Shown here: piece by piece, positions 31,802 through 40,989 of the stretch
Layout: every line of letters starts with the position of its first letter
Position numbering within the stretch: the first letter of the stretch is position 1
Notes under the pieces: generated by a model
Told to the model about the DNA's origin: nothing
The model's database searches: none
The model's input: only the letters and a program-made list of their open reading frames with translations
Source: Patescibacteria group bacterium
GTDB taxonomy: Bacteria > Patescibacteriota > Patescibacteriia > 2-01-FULL-39-33
DNA length: 64,000 bases
Reading direction: 5' to 3'
Assembly (NCBI GenBank): GCA_041662745.1
Contig: JBAZRV010000004.1
Span: 70,315 to 134,314, forward strand
Program-made: the position numbers and the translations under genes

Positions 31802-32183
31802 GTAAAAGCGAAATATTTATGTTTTATAAACAAAAATATCTAAATTTAAACAAAAAAATAAATAGCTAAATGCTATTTATTCCTGATTATTCAAGCTAAA
31901 TTATCGCTCTGCGGCCATTATCTGATGGAAACGGAAAACAATCCGGTTAAATACGATAAAATCGGGGTCAAAATGATAATGCCCAAATTCCACAAAGGTT
32001 TAATAAAATTTTCCCATACGCCGATAACGGCCAGGGTATACAAAACCACCATTACCCAAAAAATTGTCTTTAAATAAGTATCGTCCACAGAATTAGCTTA
32101 TGGCTTATAGAAAATGGCTTATAGTAAACCAATTTCAGATTCTACACCAAAAAACAGCAAATGTCAATGTCAAATGTCAATAT

Positions 32184-33233
32184 TTAGTTGCTGAACCGGA
32201 AATGACAGACATCGCCGTCCGCCATGACGTAATCCTTGCCTTCCAATCGGATCAAACCTTTTTCGCGCGCTCGCGCTTCTCCGCCTGCCGCCGCCAAATC
32301 CTGCCACTTGATCACTTCGGCGCGAATAAATCCTTTTTCAAAATCCGTATGGATGACTCCGGCCGCTTGCGGCGCTTTAGTGCCGCGCTTGATGGTCCAG
32401 GCCTTGGTTTCCATTTCACCGGAGGTAAAATAAGTAATCAAGTCCAAAGCGTTGTAAGCCTTGACGATCAGCCGATCAAGCCCGGACGCCTCCAACTGCA
32501 ATTCCTTTAAATACGCTTCGGCTTCTTCCGCCGGCAATTCAGCCAGCTCCGCTTCAATCTTGGCGGAGATGGTCAGGTAGTCGGTTTCCTGATAAACTTT
32601 ATCCTCGTCAACATTCAAAACATAAATCATCGGCTTCATGGTCAGCAAACATAAGTCCTTAACTAATAATTTTTCTTCCTCGGCGCTGACAATCTCGCTG
32701 GCTAATTTTCCCGCTTCCAAGCCCGTCTTTAATTTCTCCAAAATCGGCTGGAGTTCCAGGGCTTCCTTTTTGCCGGCGCGCGCTTCTTTGTTGTTAGCGT
32801 CATATCTCTTTTCTATTGTCTGCATATCAGCCAAAACAAGTTCCAGATTAATCACCTCGCGATCCGACTGCGGATTGACTTGGCCGGCCACATGAATGAC
32901 GTTCTCATCGGAAAACTGACGCACCACTTGGACGATGGCGTCCACTTCGCGGATATTGGCTAAAAATTTATTGCCCAGCCCTTCGCCCTTGCTGGCGCCC
33001 TTGACGATGCCGGCAATATCAATGAACTCAATCGCGGTCGGCACGATTTTCGCGGAATTGGAAACGCGCGCCAATTGTTCCAGACGCTCGTCCGGCACCG
33101 GCACTACACCGACATTAGGATCAATCGTGCAAAAAGGATAATTGGCTGCATCAACTTGTTTTTTGGTCAGGGCTTTAAATAACGTGGACTTGCCCACATT
33201 GGGCAGGCCGACGATGCCGATGGAGAAAGACAT
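32184..33233 (-). CDS. ychF: Redox-regulated ATPase YchF (Obg-family GTPase)
   Basis: The N-terminus reads [25 protein letters not shown]-terminal TGS domain is present ([11 protein letters not shown]). Confidence 0.92.
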   Translation of the reverse strand: MSFSIGIVGLPNVGKSTLFKALTKKQVDAANYPFCTIDPNVGVVPVPDERLEQLARVSNSAKIVPTAIEFIDIAGIVKGASKGEGLGNKFLANIREVDAIVQVVRQFSDENVIHVAGQVNPQSDREVINLELVLADMQTIEKRYDANNKEARAGKKEALELQPILEKLKTGLEAGKLASEIVSAEEEKLLVKDLCLLTMKPMIYVLNVDEDKVYQETDYLTISAKIEAELAELPAEEAEAYLKELQLEASGLDRLIVKAYNALDLITYFTSGEMETKAWTIKRGTKAPQAAGVIHTDFEKGFIRAEVIKWQDLAAAGGEARAREKGLIRLEGKDYVMADGDVCHFRFSN

Positions 33234-33449
33234 AATTTAAAAGGTTAAAAATCGTAAAAACAAGAATCTGTGAAATCATTAAGATTTAGTTGCTCGTGAA
33301 TTTAAATAAACTGCATTTATTGCCTAAACTATAGCAAAGTAACCTGAAAAAATCAAGGATTGCCCTCGGCAAAACTATTAAATTAAAAGGGGGCAGTAAT
33401 CGCTTACTGCCCCGCAAATAAAGTGCTTTTTTAATTCAGCTTGTTCAGT

Positions 33450-34178
33450 TCAGTTTGCCTTGGCCGCCTGAAATTCGGCCATCAGACCGGCGTCAATATC
33501 CTGAGCGTCCAGCTGAGCTAGCGCCGCATCCACGTTGAAGCCGGAGGAGGCATCCAAATCGCGGTCGATGTCGCCATCCGATCGGAATTCTGCTTGAGCC
33601 GCAACCAACTCACCCTGGAGTTCACCCAGGAATGCGGTATCAACCTTAGCGCCGCCCTGAGCCCGCGCCCGATCGCGCATCGCTACCGCTTGCTTATGAG
33701 CTTCAATCGCCTTGAGCATAGCGGGTCCGTTTTGGCGGATCGTGTTCAATCCGGATAGGGCTTCATTGTAATTGGCCCGAGCGAGCTTGTAACTCTCCTC
33801 GAGAGTACCATAGGTTACCTTCTGACTCGCGATCGCGTCGTCAAGGGATTTGACCTCCTGCGATACCTGGCCGAGTTGCGCTGTCTTGTCCGGTTGATCA
33901 ACCAGGCTGCCGCCCAAGCCGACGAGCTTGATCCGACGAACCTGCAGAGCTTCCAACGGCTCCAATTCTTTGGTTTCCGGATCGGCGATCGCGCGCATTT
34001 GGGCGCCGATCTGCCGCGCCAATATTCGCTTTTCCTGGACTTGCTTTTCCAGTTCCGCGATGATTTGCGTCAATTTTTCTTCCGGCGATAAGGCCGAGGC
34101 CAAAAGCCCCTGCAATCGACTGCCCATCGCCTTGAAAAACATGCCAATATTAACTTTCTTGTCCATCGCTTGCGACAT
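33450..34178 (-). CDS. pspA: PspA/IM30/Vipp1-family protein
   Basis: The protein is about 240 aa of coiled coil and aligns in register with PspA. The start was chosen at MSQAMDKK. Confidence 0.6.
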   Translation of the reverse strand: MSQAMDKKVNIGMFFKAMGSRLQGLLASALSPEEKLTQIIAELEKQVQEKRILARQIGAQMRAIADPETKELEPLEALQVRRIKLVGLGGSLVDQPDKTAQLGQVSQEVKSLDDAIASQKVTYGTLEESYKLARANYNEALSGLNTIRQNGPAMLKAIEAHKQAVAMRDRARAQGGAKVDTAFLGELQGELVAAQAEFRSDGDIDRDLDASSGFNVDAALAQLDAQDIDAGLMAEFQAAKAN

Positions 34179-34251
34179 TGATTTGTCTCCTCTTTTGTTG
34201 CGATTTCTGGTTTCTGATTTGAATAACGACTTACGGCTTACTAACAAAAAA

Positions 34252-34989
34252 TTAAAGCAAATCACTCACATCAACCGACGGTTCAAACTTTTCTCCCAGA
34301 AACAGTCCGCCGGAACCTCTGGCCTCGCCCTTTCTGGCGTCCAAATAAATCAGCTGCCTGTCACCGCCCCGTTCGCGCGAAGTGACAAAGTACAACCGAT
34401 CGTCGTTTTCAATGGCATCGCATTCTCCGTCCACCTGAGCATCAAACGTACCGATATCAATGATTTCCCAAGTAACACCGGAAGTTAAACTCGACGGCAA
34501 TTCGTATGGCACGGGTTCAGACTGGTCATTCTCCTTAAAGATCCGTGCCGGTCCCGGCTTACCCTCAACCCCTTTATAAAATTTCATCAAGGACATTGAT
34601 TCCAACTTCGTGGCCCTTAGCCAAATCGGTTTACCGCCTTCTTGGCTGGGTACCTTAAAAATCCAGATACCTCCCGCCAAAGCCAATGCCTTGGAAACTG
34701 CCTCGGTTTTAGACCAAGGCGAATCCGGTGTCTTCTTAAACATCTCCCACAAAGTAACTGAGGCTTTGACTGCCCGTTCCGACTCTCCCAATAGAGTAAT
34801 CGTTTGCTGGGCCAATGTCTGTTCCAACCGCTTATGCATAGGCGGTGGGGTATCAAGTGAAACCAGGTTACGAGGTTGTTTGGCCACTTTATTTCCAACA
34901 ACCAGCGCTTTTTTGTTTTTAATCAGACAACCAATACCTACGCCGGAAGCCAAGATAACAAAGAGCCCTAATAGTGACAAAAAATCCAT
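34252..34989 (-). CDS. Membrane-anchored hypothetical protein (one N-terminal TM helix and a globular domain)
   Basis: The N-terminus reads MDFLSLLGLFVILASGVGIGCLI. Confidence 0.45.
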   Translation of the reverse strand: MDFLSLLGLFVILASGVGIGCLIKNKKALVVGNKVAKQPRNLVSLDTPPPMHKRLEQTLAQQTITLLGESERAVKASVTLWEMFKKTPDSPWSKTEAVSKALALAGGIWIFKVPSQEGGKPIWLRATKLESMSLMKFYKGVEGKPGPARIFKENDQSEPVPYELPSSLTSGVTWEIIDIGTFDAQVDGECDAIENDDRLYFVTSRERGGDRQLIYLDARKGEARGSGGLFLGEKFEPSVDVSDLL

Positions 34990-35048
34990 GTCTTTTCTCC
35001 TTCTTCGTTTAGACTACCAATTGAATAAACAATGTTCATTCTTTTTGT

Positions 35049-36872
35049 TCACCAACCGCCACTGTCGCTGCTGGAACTGCTACTGCCCCAACCGCCACTG
35101 TCGCTGCTGGAACTGCTACTGCCCCAACCGCCACTGTCGCTGCTGGAACTGCTACCGCCCCAACCGCCACTGTCGCTGCTGGAACTGCTACTGCCCCAGT
35201 CGCTCCAACCGCTGCTGGAACTGCTACCGGAACTGTCGGAGTCAAAAGAAAACGATGATGTGCTCTGACTATCTTGGTAATCGTCGTAGGCTTTTTTAGC
35301 CTTCCGACCAGTGTCATCAGCTAACTGATATGCTTGATCGGCATTAAACACAGCCGATTCGTAACGCCTGTCGGAAGCGTCACGGCGAGCTTGGGCCAAA
35401 TGGCTTTTAGCGGAATCAAAATCCGACTGAGCCGACGAAGAATGGCTGCCATAACTTTCAACACTATCTTCGTTGTCATCAATCATTCGTTCAGCTCGGC
35501 GTTCTTGATTGGGCCAATCTAAACGATACGATTCTAAATCATCAACTCTCTTCGTGAACTGTAGCAAAAAACGATTGACCTGAGACAAATCACGATCGCC
35601 ATTGGTTATTTCCGAATCAGCCAATTTGTAATCTTGATCCTCGGTCGCAATTCTTTGGGCTTTAGCCAAGCGCTCCCTGACCCATGAAAGATCGTCGCTG
35701 GCCAATGTTACATTGTCAGCCACTGGCGACCAAACGGTTTTCGCATGAAGATCAAGTTTGGCGCGGAGCTGCCGCGCCTGATTAAGGCCGTTTTGAGCAG
35801 TCGCAATGTTAGAAGCCAAAATTGCAATATTATTCCTAACCTTCTCCGCCATTATTAGTTGCTGATCGGCCCCCCTAATCGCTTCGTTAGCCAACTCAGC
35901 CGCCTTAAGCGCGTTGCTGTAAACCAAGGGCAGATCATATTTGCCCCCTTCAATAATTGCTTGCGAAGCCTCGGTGGCAACGGCAAACAACTGTTCCGCT
36001 TGACGCAAATCGGCGTAAGGTTGCTTGAGCGCCTTAGCTGCCAATAGCGGGCCTTTGCCGACCAAATTGTCAAGATAACTGTTGGCCGACGAAATGCTGT
36101 TTTGAGCCGACACCAACCTGTCTTTCGCGTTGGCTTGCGCTTCTTGATAGAAGTCAAGATTGCTTGCCACTTTGGAAACAAAGGAGTCAATGGAGTCGAC
36201 GAGCAAAGAGGTGGCGGTTAGCAAGTCGCGCGCTTGATTGGGATCACCCAACTGGTCGGAACTCTCAACCGGCAACAAATCGGAAATCTTTTTCAAATTG
36301 CCGGAAGCCTTATCAAGACTGATTTTTGCTTCCGACAACTCTTCAAGATTTTGGGCTGCATACTTGGACAAGTACTGACTGCCCTCGCTGGACAACCTTT
36401 CCTTGGCCGAACCGTAAGCCCGATTCTTCTCCTCCCATCCCAGCTGAAGCTGGCTCAATTCCTGACGATCATCCTCGGTTACTTTTTCTATAGCCGCCAA
36501 TTGTTCATTGGCGTTTTCCAACGCTCTCTGCGAAGCCTTGATAAATTTTTCGGCTTCAATAGCCTGCGCCTTCTTTTGCTTGGACTTGCCGGCCGCATCC
36601 GCCTGCTTGATGTCTTCCTCAGCCTGACTGAGATTGATTCGCCCCAACTCAATTAAGTCGGAAATCGGGACTGAATATTCCGGTTTATACCAACTGGAAA
36701 CAGTGCCGAATTCAGATTGGAATTGCTCAATAGCCAATGATTGCTCAATCGCCTCCTGCCTAACTCCGGCCAAACACTTGTCGGCCAGACGCTTAGGCGC
36801 GGACATGACCAGCCATAGGCCGGACATCATAGCGATAATCAACAGAATAATCAGGACTTTTGACTTGTTCAT
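35049..36872 (-). CDS. Membrane-anchored long coiled-coil protein with a C-terminal Ser-rich tandem-repeat tail ending in GW
   Basis: The N-terminal TM helix is LIILLIIAMMSGLWLVM. About 500 aa of helical sequence follow. The tail is 4-5 copies of SSSSSSDSGGWG. Confidence 0.6.
   Translation of the reverse strand: MNKSKVLIILLIIAMMSGLWLVMSAPKRLADKCLAGVRQEAIEQSLAIEQFQSEFGTVSSWYKPEYSVPISDLIELGRINLSQAEEDIKQADAAGKSKQKKAQAIEAEKFIKASQRALENANEQLAAIEKVTEDDRQELSQLQLGWEEKNRAYGSAKERLSSEGSQYLSKYAAQNLEELSEAKISLDKASGNLKKISDLLPVESSDQLGDPNQARDLLTATSLLVDSIDSFVSKVASNLDFYQEAQANAKDRLVSAQNSISSANSYLDNLVGKGPLLAAKALKQPYADLRQAEQLFAVATEASQAIIEGGKYDLPLVYSNALKAAELANEAIRGADQQLIMAEKVRNNIAILASNIATAQNGLNQARQLRAKLDLHAKTVWSPVADNVTLASDDLSWVRERLAKAQRIATEDQDYKLADSEITNGDRDLSQVNRFLLQFTKRVDDLESYRLDWPNQERRAERMIDDNEDSVESYGSHSSSAQSDFDSAKSHLAQARRDASDRRYESAVFNADQAYQLADDTGRKAKKAYDDYQDSQSTSSFSFDSDSSGSSSSSGWSDWGSSSSSSDSGGWGGSSSSSDSGGWGSSSSSSDSGGWGSSSSSSDSGGW
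35055..35240. repeat. 36-bp tandem repeat (about 4.5 copies) encoding the SSSSSSDSGGWG tail
   Basis: The unit ACCGCCACTGTCGCTGCTGGAACTGCTACTGCCCCA is repeated head-to-tail. Confidence 0.85.
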
Positions 36873-37228
36873 GGTACTTGATTCTCCTTTTGTTGCCGGT
36901 TAATTAAGTTGCCTCAAATTGAGATACCCTGAAAGACATTATAAAAACTATTAAATTTTAAGGTTCCCAGCCTAAAGAAACCAAAATTATAGCCACTTTA
37001 GAATTTTGCATTCTATCATATCCTTAATAATTTGTCAAATAAAAATACAACAAAAAGATGCGAGGGATTGAATAATTCAACCGCCTGGGGCATTTTAAGT
37101 CGAGACCAATCCGGCCGAAAACAGAAACAGATTTATGGTATTGTCATGAAGAGAGGGTAATCCGCGCTTTTTTGATTGAAAATATAACTGCTTTTTGTTA
37201 AACTAAAGAAGTTAACCCAACACGGTTT

Positions 37229-38260
37229 ATGCGCATAATCTACGGCTTGGCCGGTCAAGGATTCGGCCACAGCGCCCGCTCGCGGGAAATTCTTAGGCAC
37301 TTAGCCGCCGCCGGCCACGACATTAAAGTTTTTACCTATGGCCAAGGGGCGTTTTTTTTGCACCATGATTTTGACGTCTTTGAAATCCCCGGATTAACCT
37401 TAAGCTATAAAAACAACCGAGTCAGGTACTTCAAAACGCTGCTGGATAACACCAAAAAGGTTTATGGCCAAACGCGGCAATGGAACGGGATTAAGAAAGT
37501 TTTTAAAGACTTCGCGCCGGAACTGGTGATTACTGATTTTGAACCGCTAACGGCCTTACTGGCAAAAAAATTCCGCCTGCCCCTTGTTTCCATAGATAAC
37601 CAGCATCAATTGACCAACACTGAAATAAAAATCAGCCAGAAACATCTCAAAGATCTGATGACCGACAAAGCGATTATCAGGCTGGTTATCTGGAGCGCCA
37701 AGTATTACCTGATAACTTCATTTTTTAAAACCAAGGTAAAGAAAAAAAATACTTTTCTGTTTGCGCCGATTATCCGGCAGGAAGTATCGGATTTGCAACC
37801 GGTCAAAGGCGATTACTTTTTGGTTTACGAAGGCGCCGATATGGGCCGGCTGACTGAATTGTTCAAGAGATTGCCGTACCAGTTCGTTATTTTCGGGCCG
37901 CAACGCCAAGGCGAAGAAGGCAATATTATTTTTAAGCATTTTGACACGCATGAGTGGTTGATGTATCTGAACCGCTGCCGCGCCGTTATCGGCACCGCCG
38001 GTTTAAGTTTATTGGGCGAAGCCATCTACCTTAAAAAACCCTATCTGGCCCTGCCGATTAAACGCCAAATTGAACAGCTGGTCAACGCGCAATATTTGCA
38101 ACGGCTGGGCTACGGCCAATTCAGTTATGATTTAACCGGCGAAGAATTTGAGGATTTCGTCGCTCGGTTGCCTCAATATGAAGATAAATTGACTTTCGCC
38201 GATGCCTGTGGCAATGAAGAACTGTTCAAAAAGCTGGATGAGATCATTGCCGGCTTATAA
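37229..38260 (+). CDS. Glycosyltransferase, MGT/MJ1255 (GT28/GT1-like) family
   Basis: The N-terminus reads MRIIYGLAGQGFGHSARS and the protein has a C-terminal UDP-sugar-binding half. Confidence 0.7.
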   Translation: MRIIYGLAGQGFGHSARSREILRHLAAAGHDIKVFTYGQGAFFLHHDFDVFEIPGLTLSYKNNRVRYFKTLLDNTKKVYGQTRQWNGIKKVFKDFAPELVITDFEPLTALLAKKFRLPLVSIDNQHQLTNTEIKISQKHLKDLMTDKAIIRLVIWSAKYYLITSFFKTKVKKKNTFLFAPIIRQEVSDLQPVKGDYFLVYEGADMGRLTELFKRLPYQFVIFGPQRQGEEGNIIFKHFDTHEWLMYLNRCRAVIGTAGLSLLGEAIYLKKPYLALPIKRQIEQLVNAQYLQRLGYGQFSYDLTGEEFEDFVARLPQYEDKLTFADACGNEELFKKLDEIIAGL

Positions 38261-38309
38261 ACCGATCTTGATTTTTTCAAATGACTGTGATAAAATAGTG
38301 AAAGATTTC

Positions 38310-38355
38310 GGGTCGTTAGCTCAACCAGTAGAGCAGTTACCTCTTAAGCAAACGG
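38310..38355 (+). pseudogene. Truncated 5' copy of tRNA-Lys (acceptor 5' strand, D-arm and anticodon arm with CTT), diverged from the intact gene
   Basis: The copy reads GGGTCGTTAGCTCAACCAGTAGAGCAGTTACCTCTTAAGCAAACGG. The intact gene at 38498 reads ...CAGCTGGTAGAGCAGTTGCCTCTTAAGCAAACGG. Confidence 0.7.
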
Positions 38356-38454
38356 GTTGCCGTCTGGGCAACGGGCAGAAGCGAGACGAGCCGAAAGCGA
38401 AGTCGAGCGTTGATGAATGCGACCATAAGGAGCATTCAGTGCTACCCAGGAACG
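38356..38454 (+). ncRNA. Candidate structured RNA element E, copy 1 (99 nt)
   Basis: A 5' hairpin GTTGCC-GTCT-GGGCAAC and a 3' hairpin TGAATGC-GACCATAAGGA-GCATTCA are present. A second copy at 41939-42036 is near-identical and its 5' hairpin carries compensatory changes. Confidence 0.5.
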
Positions 38455-38497
38455 TCAGGTTCAAGAACCTGCGACATTAAATGAAAAGAAAGATTTC

Positions 38498-38570
38498 GGG
38501 TCGTTAGCTCAGCTGGTAGAGCAGTTGCCTCTTAAGCAAACGGTCGCAGGTTCAAATCCTGCACGACCCA
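38498..38570 (+). tRNA. tRNA-Lys (CTT)
   Basis: The cloverleaf is GGGTCGT-TA-GCTCAGCTGGTAGAGC-A-GTTGC-CTCTTAA-GCAA.. / T-arm GCAGGTTCAAATCCTGC / ACGACCC-A. Confidence 0.85.
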
Positions 38571-38623
38571 CTAATGACGGAGGCGCACCAAAAGTGCGTC
38601 TCTAATCGTGTAAGCATCCGCAA

Positions 38624-38675
38624 GCACCCCTGGTGAAATGGATATCGCGACTGGCTTCGGACCAGTTATCGGGGG
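38624..38675 (+). pseudogene. Truncated 5' copy of tRNA-Arg (through the variable loop and T-stem 5' strand), diverged
   Basis: The copy reads GCACCCCTGGTGAAATGGATATCGCGACTGGCTTCGGACCAGTTATCGGGGG. The intact gene starts GCACCCATGG...TTATTGGGGG. Confidence 0.7.
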
Positions 38676-38853
38676 TCGCGAAGCGACAAGATAGCAATGA
38701 ACTGCGAGTTATGTCGGAAGACATAACGAGCGAGTGAATGCCGCCGAGGCGCCGGTGGCGCGGCGGCGCTATCCCTGGACAACGAATTGTTTCGTTTTCT
38801 GACGAAACAGTGAGGCGAAAAGAACCGCCAATAATAATATAAACTAAAAATCT
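38676..38853 (+). ncRNA. Candidate structured element E', about 178 nt, partly related to E
   Basis: Hairpins are GTTATGTC-GGAA-GACATAAC, the GC-rich GCCGCCG...CGGCGGC and TGTTTCG-TTTTCTGA-CGAAACA. The core CGAGCGAGTGAATGC..CCC.GGA.AACG matches E. Confidence 0.4.
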
Positions 38854-38855
38854 AA

Positions 38856-38927
38856 GCACCCATGGTGAAATGGATATCACGACTGGCTTCGGACCAGTTA
38901 TTGGGGGTTCGAATCCCTCTGGGTGCA
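38856..38927 (+). tRNA. tRNA-Arg (TCG)
   Basis: The cloverleaf is GCACCCA-TG-GTGA-AATGGATA-TCAC-G-ACTGG-CTTCGGA-CCAGT-TATT-GGGGG-TTCGAAT-CCCTC-TGGGTGC-A. Confidence 0.85.
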
Positions 38928-38949
38928 TAATTAAAATTAAAACAAAACT

Positions 38950-39849
38950 ATGGCTATTTTCTGGATTATCCTTGCTATTTTTGTTCTGATCGTCTTGGTT
39001 TTTGCTTCCGCTTTCACCGTCCAGCAACAAACCGTGGCCGTCATTCAAAGATTCGGCAAATTCAAAAAAATGTCCCATTCCGGACTCAATCTGCGCCTTC
39101 CCCTGATTGACCACATTGCCGGTCATATCAGTTTGCGCATCAACCAATTGGACGTTAAAATTGAAACCAAAACCGAAGACAATGTCTTTGTCCATGTTAC
39201 CGTTTCCGTGCAGTACCAGGTTTTGCCGGAAAAATTGTATGACGCTTTTTATAAATTAATCAACCCTAAAGAGCAGATTTCCTCTTACGTCTTTGATATT
39301 GTCCGCGCTCAAGTTCCGAAACTGAAACTGGACAATGTTTTTGAAAACAAAGATGAGATTGCCAATGCCGTTAACACCGAATTATCGCAAGCCATGTCTG
39401 ACTTCGGCTACCAAATCATCAAATCGTTGGTTACTGATATTGAACCTGACGCCCAAGTCAAAGCGGCCATGAATGAAATCAATTCCGCTCAGCGCCTGCG
39501 CGTCGCCGCCCAGGAAAAAGGCGAGGCGGAAAAAGTTTTGATGGTAAAAAAGGCGGAAGCCGAATCAGAAAGCAAAAAATTGCAAGGCGAGGGCATCGCC
39601 AATCAGCGTCGCGCCATTATCAACGGCCTCAAGGAATCGGTTGACGATTTCCAAAAATCAATCAAAGGATCAACCGCCCATGATGTCATGAATCTGGTAA
39701 TGGTCACTCAATATTTTGACACCCTGAAAGACATCGGCGCCTCTTCCAAGGCCAATGCCGTTTTCATCCCGCACTCTCCGGGAGCGGTTGCCGACTTAAC
39801 GGCGCAAATCCGCGACGCCCTGTTGCAGGCCGACGGAGCCAAACAATAA
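38950..39849 (+). CDS. SPFH/Band 7 (stomatin/prohibitin-like) domain protein
   Basis: The protein has an N-terminal TM helix and an SPFH core (AVIQRFGKF...NLRLPLIDH...). Confidence 0.8.
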   Translation: MAIFWIILAIFVLIVLVFASAFTVQQQTVAVIQRFGKFKKMSHSGLNLRLPLIDHIAGHISLRINQLDVKIETKTEDNVFVHVTVSVQYQVLPEKLYDAFYKLINPKEQISSYVFDIVRAQVPKLKLDNVFENKDEIANAVNTELSQAMSDFGYQIIKSLVTDIEPDAQVKAAMNEINSAQRLRVAAQEKGEAEKVLMVKKAEAESESKKLQGEGIANQRRAIINGLKESVDDFQKSIKGSTAHDVMNLVMVTQYFDTLKDIGASSKANAVFIPHSPGAVADLTAQIRDALLQADGAKQ

Positions 39850-39874
39850 GCTTAACAGTTCCAACCGATAAAAA

Positions 39875-39905
39875 CAGCCCGCTTTAACAGCGGGCTGTTT
39901 TATTG
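39875..39905 (+). terminator. Rho-independent terminator
   Basis: The hairpin CAGCCCGC-TTTAACA-GCGGGCTG is followed by TTTTATT. Confidence 0.75.
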
Positions 39906-39993
39906 ACAAAAAAATCATTTATGATAAGCTGACTGAAGCTTAAAACTCATGAACTTAATGAATTGCAAAAATCAACCGGGGAGGATCAGCCAG

Positions 39994-40692
39994 ATGAATA
40001 TCGCTCATTACATTGACCACACCTTGCTTAAGCCGGATGCCACTGTTAGCCAAATTAAGGAGCTTTGTGAGGAGGCAAAACAATACAAATTTCATTCAGT
40101 CTGCGTTAATCCTTGCCGCGTCTATCAATGTTTGCAAGCCCTGTACGGCACTGGCGTTAAAATTTGCTCGGTAATCGGATTTCCCTTGGGCGCCAACGAC
40201 GTAAGAATAAAATTGGCAGAGGCAACAACTGCTCTTGACGACGGCGCCAATGAGCTTGATCTGGTAATCAACATCGGCTACCTTTTAAGCAATGATTTGC
40301 TCTTTATTACTGAAGAGATTGGTATGATTGCTAATGTGACCCATCGTAAGGGTTCTTTGCTTAAGGTTATTATTGAAACCGGACTCCTAACCGACGAACA
40401 AAAAATCATCGCTTGCAAATTGGCGGCTCGGGCTGGAGCTGATTTCGTTAAAACCTGTACCGGTTTCAACGGCGGTCAAGCAACGCTTGAAGACATTAAA
40501 TTAATGAGGGCTACAGTCGGCCCCAAAGTGAGAGTCAAGGCCTCGGGCAGTATCCGCGATTATGCCACGGCTATGGCCATGATTGAAGCTGGCGCCAGTC
40601 GTATCGGCACCTCCAGCGGAGTCAAAATTGCAATGGAAGAATTGGAAACGCTGGCCGACCGATTTAACGGTCGGTTAGAAGCTGGGGAATAG
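39994..40692 (+). CDS. deoC: Deoxyribose-phosphate aldolase
   Basis: The N-terminus reads MNIAHYIDHTLLKPDAT. The Schiff-base lysine region reads DFVKTCTGF. The RBS GGGGAGG precedes the start. Confidence 0.88.
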   Translation: MNIAHYIDHTLLKPDATVSQIKELCEEAKQYKFHSVCVNPCRVYQCLQALYGTGVKICSVIGFPLGANDVRIKLAEATTALDDGANELDLVINIGYLLSNDLLFITEEIGMIANVTHRKGSLLKVIIETGLLTDEQKIIACKLAARAGADFVKTCTGFNGGQATLEDIKLMRATVGPKVRVKASGSIRDYATAMAMIEAGASRIGTSSGVKIAMEELETLADRFNGRLEAGE

Positions 40693-40701
40693 GACTTTAA
40701 A

Positions 40702-40736
40702 ACGGCTCGCAAATGCAAGCCGTTTTTTATTTTTTA
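40702..40736 (+). terminator. Rho-independent terminator after deoC
   Basis: The hairpin ACGGCTCGCA-AA-TGCAAGCCGT is followed by TTTTTTATTTTTT. Confidence 0.7.
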
Positions 40737-40989
40737 AAATCGGTTAAAATCTTGAGTCCCGTGTTTAGATAATTTAAAAGAGGCATAAACGACCCTGTTA
40801 AATTAATGCTCTATTCTTAAAATAGTCCGAACGCATTTCGCCGCCGCAGGCGGCGAGGAATTCCCCCCGCGAAAATATGAAAAGGCGGCGGAGCCGCACC
40901 GCTAACAATTTCAAGTTTTTCTTAGACGACAAATTATAAAAAAAATAGGCCACCTACCCGCTGTACGAGTAAATGGCCTATGAAATGGC

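Noticed and set aside
35032-35317. The plus-strand and alternative-frame ORFs across the 36-bp tandem repeat
   Set aside because: They are out-of-frame readings of the repeat (PLSLLELLLPQP...). The real frame is the C-terminus of the 607-aa minus-strand protein.
38356-38454. Identity of element E as a hammerhead ribozyme or SRP RNA
   Set aside because: Partial motif resemblance exists (UGAUGA, GAAA) but the order and spacing do not fit the hammerhead core. There is no SRP domain-IV consensus.
38202-38480. An ORF that reads through element E copy 1, and the ORF 41868..42098 that reads through copy 2 in the same relative frame
   Set aside because: Both ORFs span tRNA-derived sequence and lack starts within E. 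Differences between the two copies are compensatory in the hairpin stems (RNA-like) rather than synonymous.
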